A program made the translations under genes and the position numbers. Below, piece after piece: positions 17,553 through 27,808 of a DNA stretch of 64,000 nt; the stretch's first letter is position 1; every line of letters starts with the position of its first letter. The notes under the pieces were generated by a model. It saw only the letters and a list, made by a program, of their open reading frames with translations. It was not told the origin of the DNA and did no database searches. Origin of the DNA: an uncultured Gammaproteobacteria bacterium (GTDB taxonomy: Bacteria; Patescibacteriota; Patescibacteriia; Magasanikbacterales; UBA922); contig CAZFKS010000002.1 in the NCBI GenBank assembly GCA_964519725.1, forward strand, positions 49,325 to 113,324, given 5' to 3'.

Positions 17553-17585
17553 ATAAAACCGTCTGACAGGGCGGTTTTATTTTAT
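17553..17585. terminator. Bidirectional terminator between convergent genes.
   Basis: aaAACCGtctgacagggCGGTTttatttt lies between the stop of 16974..17528 (+) and the stop of recR (-). Confidence 0.6.
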
Positions 17586-18187
17586 TTAGTTTTAGTGCGA
17601 TGTTCTAGAGCGCTTGTAAGAGTAATTTCATCCGCGTACTGCAGGTCAGAGCCCATGGGCAGGCCTCGGGCCAGGCGAGTGATAGTCAGGTTGGGATTAG
17701 TGGCCTGTAATTCTTTTTCTAAAAATAATGAAGTGGACTCACCAGCCAAATCTGGGTTGAGCGCAATAATAATTTCTGTGATCCCGTCTTGTTTGACGCG
17801 GGCGAGTAGTTCGGGAATTTTTAAATTATTTTCTTCATCAAGCACGGCGTCAGTGGGGAGTAAGCCACGCAAAATATGATACCGACCAGTGTACGCGCCA
17901 GTGCGTTCAATGGCTTGCACATCTTGCGGCTCAGCCACTACGCACACTAATTGTGCATTGCGTTTTTGGTCAGCGCAAATGGTGCACGGCGAGCGATCAG
18001 AAAAATCAAAACAAATTTCGCAACTTTTAACCGTGGTAATTAAATTTTTGATGGCCAGCGCCAACTCACCGGGATCTTTTTTCCCAGCTTTGAGTAAGTG
18101 AAAAACATAGCGTTCAGCGGTTCGGCGGCCCACGCCTGGTAAACGAGTAAACGAACGAACTAAGTTTTCAATTGGTTTAGAATACAC
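17582..18187 (-). CDS. recR: Recombination protein RecR.
   Basis: HhH N-terminus (LPGVGRRTAERYVFHLL), C4 zinc finger (CEICFDFSDRSPCTIC), Toprim domain. Confidence 0.9.
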   Translation of the reverse strand: MYSKPIENLVRSFTRLPGVGRRTAERYVFHLLKAGKKDPGELALAIKNLITTVKSCEICFDFSDRSPCTICADQKRNAQLVCVVAEPQDVQAIERTGAYTGRYHILRGLLPTDAVLDEENNLKIPELLARVKQDGITEIIIALNPDLAGESTSLFLEKELQATNPNLTITRLARGLPMGSDLQYADEITLTSALEHRTKTK

Positions 18188-18188
18188 A

Positions 18189-18491
18189 TTAATTTAAACC
18201 CGGAATATTTGGCAGGCCACCCATTTCTTTCATTTTCATGGCCATGACGCGTTGCATTTTTTTGAGGGCTTCAGCGTGCGCTTCTTTAATGCCGTTTTGT
18301 AATTTTTCTTTTTTGTCTGGGGCAAGCAATTCGTCATCAATGTTTAAAGCAGTCAATGCTAAATTGCCGTCCATGGTCAGGGTAATTTTTCCGCCCACAG
18401 TGTCAGCACTAATTGATTCTTTACCAAGCATATCTTGGAGTTGTTTGGCTTGGTCGCGAATGTCTTTGAACTGTTTTAATTTTTCAAACAT
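18189..18491 (-). CDS. ybaB: Nucleoid-associated protein YbaB/EbfC.
   Basis: About 100 aa. QAKQLQDMLGK...GGKITLTMDGNLALTALNID is canonical. Sits immediately upstream of recR. Confidence 0.85.
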   Translation of the reverse strand: MFEKLKQFKDIRDQAKQLQDMLGKESISADTVGGKITLTMDGNLALTALNIDDELLAPDKKEKLQNGIKEAHAEALKKMQRVMAMKMKEMGGLPNIPGLN

Positions 18492-18514
18492 ATATAATTA
18501 TTTTAGAAATTATT

Positions 18515-19984
18515 TTAGAAACTTGGAACATTAGTTGGTGGTTTGGGTGGACCACCAGAACTTGGAAAACCAGGTCCACCACTTGGTGCTACGTACCGCG
18601 TATCTAAATTGCGGTAACTGGCCCGTGCATCATCAAAGAATACTTTGGCCACACCGGTTGGGCCATTACGGTGTTTGGCAATGTGAATTTCACCCAGGTG
18701 GCGCTCATCTGGTGGAATATCTTCCAGACGATAGTTGCGGTCAGCCGCTTTACGGTAAATAAATAATACCACATCTGCGTCTTGTTCGATACTTCCTGAT
18801 TCACGAAGGTGGGAGAGCTTTGGAATGGCTGGTTTGGTTTGCTCTACCGCCCGGGAAAGCTGGGACAGGGCCAGGACCGGGACATTTAACTCACGGGCCA
18901 AACCTTTGAGACCACGGGACATTTGTGACACTTCTTGTACGCGGTTATCCAGGCTCGCGGCTGGATTAGTGCCTTCCATGAGCTGTAAATAGTCAATGAT
19001 AATGAGGCCAAGGCCGTGCTCAGATTTTAAGCGGCGCGCTTTGGTGCGAATTTGCATCACACTGGCGCCTGGATTATCATCAATGTAAATGGGGGCTTCA
19101 GATAAAACACCCATGGCATGACCAATCCGCGGAAAATCATCGCTATCTGGTTTGTCTGACAAATTACCAGTGCGCATTTTCCACAAATCCACGCCAGCTT
19201 CAGCGCAGAGCATGCGATCGACAAATTGTTCTTTACTCATTTCCAGTGAGAAAATTCCAACTGAGACTTTTTCGCGAATGGCCACGTGCCGAGCAATGTC
19301 GAGGGCGAGCGAAGTTTTACCAACTGAGGGGCGGGCCGCGAGAATAACGAGGTCAGATTTTTGAAGGCCAGCGAGCAAGGCATCGAGCTCACGGAAACCG
19401 GTTGGTACACCGCGCAGCTTGCCTTTGTCACGGTGGAGTTCATCAATCCGGTCAAACGCTTCACTTAAAATGCCGCGGATCGGGGTAAATGATTGTTTAA
19501 TGTGTTTTTGGCTCACACCATAGACATGCTGTTGAGCCTGGTCGAGCAGGGAATCAATTTCTTCACTGTCTTCGGTAAAACCTAAACGTGTAATTTCGTG
19601 CGCCGCGGCAATTAATTTGCGTAGGGTTGATTTGCGCACAATAATATCAGCGTAGTGTTTGATGTGCGAAGCCGTTGGTACAGCGTTAGCTAAAGTAATT
19701 AAATAACTACGGCCACCAATGCGGTCAAGTGCGCCACGTTCTTCTAAACGATTAGTTAAAGTGAGCACATCAACTGGTTCACTTTTTCCGTACAAATCTA
19801 AAATCGCCCGAAAAATCTCACTGTGAGCCGGCTTATAAAAATCTTCAGGTTCAACTAAATCCGCGATTTTGAGCATGGCTTCTTTATCAATCAAAATCGC
19901 GCCCAGGAGGGACATTTCAGCTTCTAAATTTTGCGGTGGGACCCGGTCTAGTTGGTCTAATTCAGCCATAGAGTTAGTCTTCAT
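18515..19984 (-). CDS. dnaB: Replicative DNA helicase DnaB.
   Basis: N-terminal PPQNLEAEMSLLGAIL, Walker A ARPSVGKTSLALD, IIIDYLQLM, RecA-like C-terminus. Extra Pro/Gly-rich C-terminal tail. Confidence 0.9.
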   Translation of the reverse strand: MKTNSMAELDQLDRVPPQNLEAEMSLLGAILIDKEAMLKIADLVEPEDFYKPAHSEIFRAILDLYGKSEPVDVLTLTNRLEERGALDRIGGRSYLITLANAVPTASHIKHYADIIVRKSTLRKLIAAAHEITRLGFTEDSEEIDSLLDQAQQHVYGVSQKHIKQSFTPIRGILSEAFDRIDELHRDKGKLRGVPTGFRELDALLAGLQKSDLVILAARPSVGKTSLALDIARHVAIREKVSVGIFSLEMSKEQFVDRMLCAEAGVDLWKMRTGNLSDKPDSDDFPRIGHAMGVLSEAPIYIDDNPGASVMQIRTKARRLKSEHGLGLIIIDYLQLMEGTNPAASLDNRVQEVSQMSRGLKGLARELNVPVLALSQLSRAVEQTKPAIPKLSHLRESGSIEQDADVVLFIYRKAADRNYRLEDIPPDERHLGEIHIAKHRNGPTGVAKVFFDDARASYRNLDTRYVAPSGGPGFPSSGGPPKPPTNVPSF

Positions 19985-20112
19985 ATAATAAACGAAGCCC
20001 AGGCTTTGAGCAACTATTGCCAGCTGGCAAAAGTTGATATCTTGTTTATAATCTGTGGGTAATTTGCTGGGTCTTGTTATTATCGTTATAATTGTCTAAA
20101 CTAAGCCAAAAT

Positions 20113-21300
20113 ATGAAAGTTTGCGTGATCAACAATTTATATCCGCCCCTGGCTCGGGGTGGGGCTGAACAAGTGGTAGAGCGGACCGTGGCGGGCCTGG
20201 CTGAGGCTGGGCATGAAGTAGTGGTGATTGCGAGTACACCAGACAAACCGTGGCTAGAGAAGCGCGGGACAGTTAAAATTTATTGGATTCACCCGCGAAA
20301 TATTTTTTTCTACACGGCCGCGCACCAGCATTTCTGGTTCAGCCGGGCGCTGTGGCATGTGTTTGATGTGTTTAATTTTGGGGCCGCCAAAACGATTCGG
20401 GAAATTATTGAAAGCGAAAAGCCGCAGGTGGTACACACCCATAATTTGATGGGCCTCAGTTTTTTATTGCCGCGCGTGATTCGAAATTTGAAAATTCGGC
20501 ATGTGCACACGGTACATGACGTGCAGCTGGTTGAACCAAGCGGCATGATTTTAAAACAGCACGAACATTCTTGGCGCTATCATGGTTTACCAACGAAATT
20601 ATATACCGCGTTAATGCGGTGGTTATTAAATTCTCCAGCCGTAGTGATCTCGCCATCGCAATTTTTGCGCGAGTTTTACGTGACACGTGGTTTTTTTCAG
20701 AATTCAACCGTGGAAATCGTGCGTAATCCATTAACTTTTGCTTTGAGTGAAGAAAATGATGTGATAAAAACTGGTCCACTTAAATTTTTGTATGCAGGTC
20801 AGATTGAAAGTCACAAAGGGGTCTTGGAATTAGTCGCAGCGTTTAAACAATTGGACCAAACTGAAGCGGTGGAATTACACATTGTTGGTGGTGGAGCCCA
20901 ATTGCAGGCCGTAGAAATGCTCGCTAAGCAAGACACAAGAATAAAAGTGTACGGTCGTTTGGATCGCAATGAACTGCGGAAAATTTTCAGTCAAATGGAT
21001 TTAACGGTCGTACCATCGCTGTGTTATGAAAATTCACCAACCGTGATTTTTGAAAGTTTTGCGGCGCGGGTGCCAGTTTTGGCCAGTAATATTGAGGGAA
21101 TTGCGGAACTGATTCAAGAAGGGCAAAATGGCTTGACCTTTCCCGCGGGAAATATTGCGGTTTTGCAAGAAAAATTAACCTGGTGTCTTCAACATCAAAC
21201 TGAATTAAAACAGATGCGTCAGAACACGCAAAATTCTTTGTCTGGGTTGTCACTTAGCGAGTATGTGGCGCGGTTAGAGCGGCTTTACCAAACTACTTAG
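20113..21300 (+). CDS. Glycosyltransferase family 4 (GT-B, group 1).
   Basis: NLYPPLARGGAEQVVERTVAGLAEAGHEV N-terminus and C-terminal E..E motif region (VPSLCYENSPTVIFESFAARVPV). Confidence 0.75.
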   Translation: MKVCVINNLYPPLARGGAEQVVERTVAGLAEAGHEVVVIASTPDKPWLEKRGTVKIYWIHPRNIFFYTAAHQHFWFSRALWHVFDVFNFGAAKTIREIIESEKPQVVHTHNLMGLSFLLPRVIRNLKIRHVHTVHDVQLVEPSGMILKQHEHSWRYHGLPTKLYTALMRWLLNSPAVVISPSQFLREFYVTRGFFQNSTVEIVRNPLTFALSEENDVIKTGPLKFLYAGQIESHKGVLELVAAFKQLDQTEAVELHIVGGGAQLQAVEMLAKQDTRIKVYGRLDRNELRKIFSQMDLTVVPSLCYENSPTVIFESFAARVPVLASNIEGIAELIQEGQNGLTFPAGNIAVLQEKLTWCLQHQTELKQMRQNTQNSLSGLSLSEYVARLERLYQTT

Positions 21301-23317
21301 TTTTTTGGTACGTAAACACGTAAATTTGTTCATTATTAAAGGCTTGCCACGAGTTGGCGGATTTTTTGGCGCCCTCAACAATACTATTAAATTTGGTCCA
21401 GTACGATGGAATAATAAAATAGGCTTTGTCTGCACCCACTAAATTCATGGCTTTTTCCATGGTTTCGCGGCGCTGACCATCAGTCCACATTTCTGTGTAC
21501 AAATCATAGAGTGGTCCGCCCGTTGGAATGGAGTAGTAGGATAAATACGTGTCATTAATTTTGAAATATTTGGCAAAACTATATTTTTCCAGCGCAGCAA
21601 TGGCCGTAACAGGATTGGTTAGAACCACATAATTATACGCTGGGTTTTGGTCATGAATCCAAGTGACAACTTCGAAATCTGTGGCCGAAACATTGTAGCC
21701 AGGGAATTGTACTTTTGGATTCCACTGCGGGTATGACAAATACCAGGACACCGTAATTGCGCCAGCAAAAATAAATAATAGAGAAATATAGTGTAAGCGG
21801 AAATTTTTACATTTAGCCGCGCAGGTAGCGAGAAAATTGTCAGTCTGCCAAAATCCAACCATGATATAAGGCAGTAAAAATAACAGTGCGCCTTTGAGTA
21901 AACGGAGTGGGTAATCACCTTGTTCCGTGGCATGAACATCAGGAAAAACTACGAGCGTGCGGAGTAAAAATGAACTAATCGTTAGCCCAATGGCCGTGTA
22001 AAAAAATAGTGGCGCGCGTTTAGTTTTAAAATAATAATAACCAAATATTCCAAAACTAAGGGCTACCACTGGAATTAACCATTCCCAAATATAGAGCGCG
22101 TCCCAATACCAGGCGGCTGGATGTTTATACCAATAGGGCGCACGGAAATATTGCAAAAATAAATCTAGTTTACTAAATGGATTAACAAAAGTTGGAATAA
22201 TGTGACGTGTAAAATACAAAAAGGCCATGAATAAAGCAGGCACGAGTAGGGCCATTAGTGTGGTGTAAACTATGTGTAAGGTTTTTTGGTAACGTGTATT
22301 TTTTTCTATCCAAAACGCAGCGACAAATAAACTGAGTGGTGCGCCGAGTAGCGGGTGAATACACAGGCCAGCCACACTCATGGTGCCAAGTAAAAATAAG
22401 AGCGGGCGAGTCGGTGACTCATAATATTGTAGACCAGTAAACACGGCCAAAATGGTGAGTAAAATTAAAATATTGTAGGCCGTGGTTAAAAAGAGTGCAA
22501 AAAAATAAATGAGGGTAAAAACAAAAGTTAAATTAATGGCGTGGCGGGCTGGTACAGCAAAAACTCTTGCTAAAGTTGGGGCAATAAAGCGGGGCAGAGT
22601 GAAAGCCGCCAAGACTGGAACGAACCACAGGTCAATGGTTTTAATACTAATGGTCGTAATTTTACTGAGTAAAACCACGGTGGTGTATTGGCCTAAATAA
22701 ACTGGCAGCTTGGGAATAATAAAACCATGGACTTTAATCCACTCTTCAGTAGCGCGGTGAATAAAACCATCAAATCCAAACCCCAGGGGGTAGAGTAAAT
22801 TAGTGACACTATACATGACTAATAAATGTAAACTAGTGAGCCAGAGCGAACGATTGGTGGGAAATAAAAAATTTAAACCAAGTAATAACAAGGTACTGGT
22901 AAAAAATAACCAGAAAAAAGTCCAGTCCACTAATTGCCAGGGTGACGGTGGTGGGGTGGTGCTGGCCATTAGGACTAGATTGATAATGAGTGCGCTTTCT
23001 AAAATTAAAAAAAATAAAGTTAACCAACCGGTGTATTTGTAAGTAGTTTTGGGTGCCGTAATTTTTGGCCAGGATTTGGTGAGAAAAAATAAACCAAATG
23101 GACCAATAATCATGGCCGCCATGACTGGCCAGTGTAGGTCAAAGAGTAGATAGCCAATGGTACCAATAATTGCGGCCACGCAAAAAGCCAAAATCATGAA
23201 CGCGGCTGAACGAAATGATCGATCAAGAAAAGTACTACCCATACTGGCTTTTTTGGCTAAATAATTTATACTAGCCTTAATTGTACGAATAAAATTAATT
23301 ATGCGCAACTTGGCCAA
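21293..23317 (-). CDS. Large polytopic membrane protein, putative GT-C-like glycosyltransferase or polysaccharide polymerase (hypothetical).
   Basis: More than 14 predicted TM helices plus a ~180-aa C-terminal soluble domain. Start ambiguous: the annotated start overlaps the divergent gene at 23301; an internal Met at 23242 is an alternative. Confidence 0.35.
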   Translation of the reverse strand: MAKLRIINFIRTIKASINYLAKKASMGSTFLDRSFRSAAFMILAFCVAAIIGTIGYLLFDLHWPVMAAMIIGPFGLFFLTKSWPKITAPKTTYKYTGWLTLFFLILESALIINLVLMASTTPPPSPWQLVDWTFFWLFFTSTLLLLGLNFLFPTNRSLWLTSLHLLVMYSVTNLLYPLGFGFDGFIHRATEEWIKVHGFIIPKLPVYLGQYTTVVLLSKITTISIKTIDLWFVPVLAAFTLPRFIAPTLARVFAVPARHAINLTFVFTLIYFFALFLTTAYNILILLTILAVFTGLQYYESPTRPLLFLLGTMSVAGLCIHPLLGAPLSLFVAAFWIEKNTRYQKTLHIVYTTLMALLVPALFMAFLYFTRHIIPTFVNPFSKLDLFLQYFRAPYWYKHPAAWYWDALYIWEWLIPVVALSFGIFGYYYFKTKRAPLFFYTAIGLTISSFLLRTLVVFPDVHATEQGDYPLRLLKGALLFLLPYIMVGFWQTDNFLATCAAKCKNFRLHYISLLFIFAGAITVSWYLSYPQWNPKVQFPGYNVSATDFEVVTWIHDQNPAYNYVVLTNPVTAIAALEKYSFAKYFKINDTYLSYYSIPTGGPLYDLYTEMWTDGQRRETMEKAMNLVGADKAYFIIPSYWTKFNSIVEGAKKSANSWQAFNNEQIYVFTYQKTK

Positions 23318-24938
23318 TTTTTTAAAAAAGCACTATCCAGCCCTGATTTTAGGGGCCGCAGTGCTCATTTTTGCTTGGGTTTATTTATTTTTATACCGCG
23401 GTCTTGGGGCGCCAGAAACTTTGATTTTTAATCAGCCGGATGAAATGGCTAATTATGCGTTCATTAAGGAGTGGGCCCTAAATAACCAGGTGGGAATTGA
23501 GGAACCGCTGTCAGAATTATCATTTAACCAGATTCACCCGCGCAGTATGACGGTGGTGCAGGGGACTTTGGTGCCCATTGGGTTTCCAGGGTTTATTGCG
23601 ATTATGACCTCACTCATCCAACCATTTACCTGGCTCTTTGGGGCTGAGCACTTTAATGATTTGGTAGTTTTAGTCACGCCAGTTTTGGCGGCGCTCAGTA
23701 GTATTTTACTCTATGGCATTAGTCGGTCACTCGGACTCACCCGAGCGCAATCAGTGACGAGTGGACTTTTTCTCTTGGCTTTACCACCCTGGTGGTATTA
23801 TGCGAGCCGACCTTTGCAAGCCAATACTATATTTGTGTTTTTTATTTTGGCGGCGCTGTGGGCTGGACTCAGACGAAATGAAAAATTAAGTCGATTTTTT
23901 TTAGTGGGCTTAAGTGTTGGGCTGGCACTGTATATTCGACCGAGCGAATGGGTGTGGGTGTTTGGCTTGGTTGGTTTATTAGGTTATTACAACCGGGAAT
24001 TTTTGCGCACCAAAACAGTGATAATCTTTGCACTGAGCAGTGGTTTAATGGCTATCGTGTTTTTCTTAACACAATTTGCATTTTACGGCAGCGTGTTTGG
24101 AAGTGGGTATGTGCGACCAAACAGTGATGGTTCAGCTGGTTTAATTATAGCTGGTCCACAAGGAATTTATTGGGTGAAAGCCCTACTACTTCCATTTGGT
24201 TTTAATGCCCTCACGATTCTCAAAACCATTTTCTTTTATGGGGTTAAATTATTTTTACCATGGACAATTGCGACTGTAATTGGGTTTGGTTTAGTATTTT
24301 TTAATAAAAAAACTGCCCCAGTTTTATTTAAATATAGCTTGGCCGTGCTGGCACTGGGCATGTGGCTAGCTTTGTACTATGGTCCGTGGCAATTTGCGGA
24401 TAATTTAGCAGGTGAAGCTTCAATTGGTAGTTCGCAAGTGCGGTATTTTTTGCCACTATATGTTTTGGCTGTGCCATTAGTGGCGTATTTACTGGGAGTT
24501 TTGAGTAGTTGGAAAATTTTCGGAAAAGTTAGTGCTGGTTTAATTACGATTGCGCTTATGGTTTTCTCAGTCAAAGCAGTTTACTTTAAATTTGAGGGTT
24601 TACTGCATGTTAAAGAAACCGTGACTAAATATTACATGTGGCAAGAAAAAATTCTGACTCTGACACCGGAAACAGCGATTGTAGTGACACGGTACGGTGA
24701 CAAGTATTTGTATCCAGTGCGGCCAGTGATTGCAACGATTGACACACCTGAGGGGCAGGCAGCGGTAAAACAATTACTTGCGCGTGGCGCTGACGTGTAT
24801 TGGTATGATTTAGCCATGGAAAAACCCGGTCACATTACTGACCCGGCCGCTTTCAGTTTGCAAACCCAAGGTGTAGAATTAGGCAAACCAATAGCGACTT
24901 GGGAAAATTTAGAATTACGAGAACTTTACTTACCTTAA
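23301..24938 (+). CDS. Glycosyltransferase family 39-like (ArnT/PMT-like GT-C) membrane protein.
   Basis: N-terminal TM, then DE-containing first loop (NQPDEMANYAFIKEW), multiple TM helices and a C-terminal soluble domain. Architecture typical of GT39/ArnT-like proteins. Confidence 0.45.
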   Translation: MRNLANFLKKHYPALILGAAVLIFAWVYLFLYRGLGAPETLIFNQPDEMANYAFIKEWALNNQVGIEEPLSELSFNQIHPRSMTVVQGTLVPIGFPGFIAIMTSLIQPFTWLFGAEHFNDLVVLVTPVLAALSSILLYGISRSLGLTRAQSVTSGLFLLALPPWWYYASRPLQANTIFVFFILAALWAGLRRNEKLSRFFLVGLSVGLALYIRPSEWVWVFGLVGLLGYYNREFLRTKTVIIFALSSGLMAIVFFLTQFAFYGSVFGSGYVRPNSDGSAGLIIAGPQGIYWVKALLLPFGFNALTILKTIFFYGVKLFLPWTIATVIGFGLVFFNKKTAPVLFKYSLAVLALGMWLALYYGPWQFADNLAGEASIGSSQVRYFLPLYVLAVPLVAYLLGVLSSWKIFGKVSAGLITIALMVFSVKAVYFKFEGLLHVKETVTKYYMWQEKILTLTPETAIVVTRYGDKYLYPVRPVIATIDTPEGQAAVKQLLARGADVYWYDLAMEKPGHITDPAAFSLQTQGVELGKPIATWENLELRELYLP

Positions 24939-24939
24939 T

Positions 24940-25338
24940 ATGGATTGTATCTTTTGTAAGATTGTAAATAAGGAGATTCCAAATTACACGGTGTACGAAG
25001 ATGAACAGGTGCTGGCGTTTTTGGATATTTTTCCGCACGCTGAGGGCCACACCGTGGTTATTCCCAAAGTGCACGCGGAAAATTTACTACAATTGAATGA
25101 TGAATTAATTGCGGCTGTGTTTGTGGCCGTGAAAAAAGTGCAGGAAAAACTACAAAGCGCAGTCAAGCCAGAAGGTTTTTCTGTGGGTTGGAATCATGGT
25201 GAGGCTGGTGGGCAAGCAGTGCCGCATTTACATGTACATGTTTTACCACGCTGGAACAACGATGGTGGTGGTAGTATGCATTCAATTACTAAAAAATTAG
25301 TAGCGCCAGATGTAAAAGGAGTGTTCAGTAAATTATGA
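24940..25338 (+). CDS. HIT-family (histidine triad) nucleotide hydrolase.
   Basis: CIFCKI ... HTVVIPKVH ... HLHVHVLP (HxHxHxx motif). Confidence 0.85.
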   Translation: MDCIFCKIVNKEIPNYTVYEDEQVLAFLDIFPHAEGHTVVIPKVHAENLLQLNDELIAAVFVAVKKVQEKLQSAVKPEGFSVGWNHGEAGGQAVPHLHVHVLPRWNNDGGGSMHSITKKLVAPDVKGVFSKL

Positions 25339-25871
25339 TTAAAAAATACAAAAAAATTTCCGAAGAAGTGTTGCATCAAAACAAATGGTACGCGTATAAA
25401 CATGATCTATATGAGTTGCCTGAAGGCGGGCAAGGCGAATATTTTTACAGTGAAACTAACGGCGGTGTGCTGGTAGTACCAGTTTTGCCCAGCGGCCGGA
25501 TTGTGCTAGTCCGTCAGTATCGGTATTTAATGGACCGAGCTGGGATTGAATTTCCTGGCGGTGGGATTGAGGCCGGGCAGACAGCGCGCCAGGCCGCGGC
25601 TATTGAACTGAAGCAAGAAACCGGGTATGATGTGACTGACTTAATTTCCATTGGCGAATTTGAGCCAAGTAAGGGTTTAATTAAGGACCAAATGCATATT
25701 TTTTTGGCTAAGCTTAGCGCTGAAGAGCCTGGGATTAGCCACCAAGACCAGACCGAAACCATTGAGCTTTTTGCCCGGTATCCCGATGAAATTGAGGCTA
25801 TGATCCAAAGTGGGGATATTTGGGACGGCGAGACTTTGGCGGCTTGGGCATTAGTAAAACATCGTTTATGA
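25335..25871 (+). CDS. NUDIX hydrolase (ADP-ribose pyrophosphatase-like).
   Basis: Nudix box GGGIEAGQTARQAAAIELKQETGY. Confidence 0.8.
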   Translation: MIKKYKKISEEVLHQNKWYAYKHDLYELPEGGQGEYFYSETNGGVLVVPVLPSGRIVLVRQYRYLMDRAGIEFPGGGIEAGQTARQAAAIELKQETGYDVTDLISIGEFEPSKGLIKDQMHIFLAKLSAEEPGISHQDQTETIELFARYPDEIEAMIQSGDIWDGETLAAWALVKHRL

Positions 25872-26875
25872 ACATCTTAGTTTGTGGTGGGGCCGGATTC
25901 ATGGGCTCACATTTTATCAAGTATATTTTAGAAAAATACCCTGATTACCAAGTGGTAAATTTTGACGTACTAACTTACGCTGGGAATTTAACTAATTTAA
26001 AAGAAGTGGCTAATAATCCGCGGTATAAATTTGTAAAAGGGGATATTGCTGACGCTGCAGCCGTAAATGCGGTGGTAGAAGAAAATAAAATTGAGATGAT
26101 TGTAAATTATGCGGCTGAAACCCACGTTGACCGCTCGATCATGGATCCAGAAGCATTTTTGCGTACTGGAATTTTTGGTACCAGAAATTTGTTAGAAGTA
26201 ACTAAGAACAAAAATTTAAAAAAGTTAGTGCAGATTTCGACTGATGAAGTGTTTGGTAGTATTGAAAGCGGCGAGTTTACGGAAGAATCACCGTTTGCGC
26301 CAAATAGTCCGTACGCCGCTTCAAAAGCGGGGGCTGATTTACTGTGTCGTTCATATTTTGTGACGTATCAAACACCAGTGGTGGTCACACACAGTTGTAA
26401 TTATTATGGCAGTCATCAGTATCCAGAAAAAGTGATTCCACTATTTATTACTAATTTACTGGAAGGTAAAAAAGTGCCACTCTATGGCGATGGTATGAAC
26501 GTACGCGAATGGATTCATACTTCTGACCATTGTCGCGCGGTGGATGCTGTATTACATAAAGCAGAACCAGGCTCAGTATACAATATTGGAACTGGTCAAG
26601 AATTGACTAATATTGATTTAACTAAATTAGTGTTAGAGAAAATGAATTTAGGCGAAGAAATGATCGAGCCAGTCAAAGATCGGGCTGGTCATGATCGGCG
26701 GTATGCAATTGACCACCGTAAAATTACGCGTGAACTGGGCTGGGAACCACAAGTAAAATTTGCTGACGGAATTGTTGAAACAATTAATTGGTATCGTGAC
26801 AATGAATGGTGGTGGAAAGATATTAAATCAGGTGCTTATCGTGAATATTACAAAGCTCAATATCAAGATCGCTAA
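25868..26875 (+). CDS. rfbB: dTDP-glucose 4,6-dehydratase.
   Basis: MNILVCGGAGFMGSHF Rossmann motif, NLDKLTYAGN-like NFDVLTYAGNL, YAASKA catalytic YxxxK. ATGA overlap with the upstream gene. Confidence 0.8.
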   Translation: MNILVCGGAGFMGSHFIKYILEKYPDYQVVNFDVLTYAGNLTNLKEVANNPRYKFVKGDIADAAAVNAVVEENKIEMIVNYAAETHVDRSIMDPEAFLRTGIFGTRNLLEVTKNKNLKKLVQISTDEVFGSIESGEFTEESPFAPNSPYAASKAGADLLCRSYFVTYQTPVVVTHSCNYYGSHQYPEKVIPLFITNLLEGKKVPLYGDGMNVREWIHTSDHCRAVDAVLHKAEPGSVYNIGTGQELTNIDLTKLVLEKMNLGEEMIEPVKDRAGHDRRYAIDHRKITRELGWEPQVKFADGIVETINWYRDNEWWWKDIKSGAYREYYKAQYQDR

Positions 26876-26876
26876 T

Positions 26877-27803
26877 ATGAAACCAAATAAAATTTTAATT
26901 ATTGGTAATGGGCAGCTTGGTGGCTATTACCGTGATCATTATCTTAAAAAAGGAGCCGAAGTTTTGAACACTGATTCTAAGACTGATGTCCGAAGTGAAG
27001 AACAAATGCGCGCCGTGATTGAAGAATTTAAACCAGATTTAGTCATTCATACGGCTGCGAAAACTAATATTGATTGGGCGGAACAAAATAAAACTGAATG
27101 TTTTGAGATCAATACGTTGGGCAGTGATGTGATGGGAAAAATTTGTCAAGAAAAAGGAATTTACTTGGTATTTTTATCCAGTGGTTGTGTACTTGAAAGT
27201 AAATCAGCTGATGATGCCCAAACTGAGAGTGTGATTCCAAGTCCACTGTGTTTTTATTCTTGGACCAAGGTTTGGGCTGAAGAAATGCTACTACACCGGG
27301 CGCGCCGTAATGGTTTAAAATTACTTGTGTTACGTCCACGTCAACTTTTGTCAGCCAAAGTTGATCCACGCAACGCGCTCACCAAAATGCTGACTTATAA
27401 TAAATTTATTGATACGCCAAATTCTTGCACTGTAGTTGAAGATTTAATGATGGTGACGGAAACGTTGGTAGAACGAGAACAAACTGGCGTGTTTAACGTC
27501 GTGAATCCAGGTGTAACTACACCATTTGAAATTGCGAGTGCTCTCAAGGAAATTATCAGACCAGAAATGGATTTTGTAAAAATTAGTAAAGCTGAACTCA
27601 ATGCCATGACCTTGGCCGAGCGGGTTGACGCGGTCCTTGATGGTACAAAAATTAGAAATCTCGGTATTGAGCTTAAGGAAATTCACGAACGCATGCGTGA
27701 AGTAATGCAAGAGCTCAAGACTAACTTGTCTAAAAGTGATGCGGCGGCAGCCATGAAAAAAACTGAAGAAGAAACTAAAGCTAAACTTAGCCTTGTAAAA
27801 TAA
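26877..27803 (+). CDS. rfbD: dTDP-4-dehydrorhamnose reductase-like NAD(P)-dependent epimerase/reductase.
   Basis: KILIIGNGQLGG Rossmann motif, size and position after rfbB. Low-complexity Lys/Glu/Ala C-terminal extension. Confidence 0.55.
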   Translation: MKPNKILIIGNGQLGGYYRDHYLKKGAEVLNTDSKTDVRSEEQMRAVIEEFKPDLVIHTAAKTNIDWAEQNKTECFEINTLGSDVMGKICQEKGIYLVFLSSGCVLESKSADDAQTESVIPSPLCFYSWTKVWAEEMLLHRARRNGLKLLVLRPRQLLSAKVDPRNALTKMLTYNKFIDTPNSCTVVEDLMMVTETLVEREQTGVFNVVNPGVTTPFEIASALKEIIRPEMDFVKISKAELNAMTLAERVDAVLDGTKIRNLGIELKEIHERMREVMQELKTNLSKSDAAAAMKKTEEETKAKLSLVK

Positions 27804-27808
27804 TTGGT

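Noticed and set aside
20017-20030. Perfect 14-bp palindrome TTGCCAGCTGGCAA between dnaB and the GT4 gene as a regulator site.
   Set aside because: A single occurrence with no recognisable partner motif (not a DnaA box or LexA box). It could be a chance palindrome containing a PvuII-like site. Noted only.
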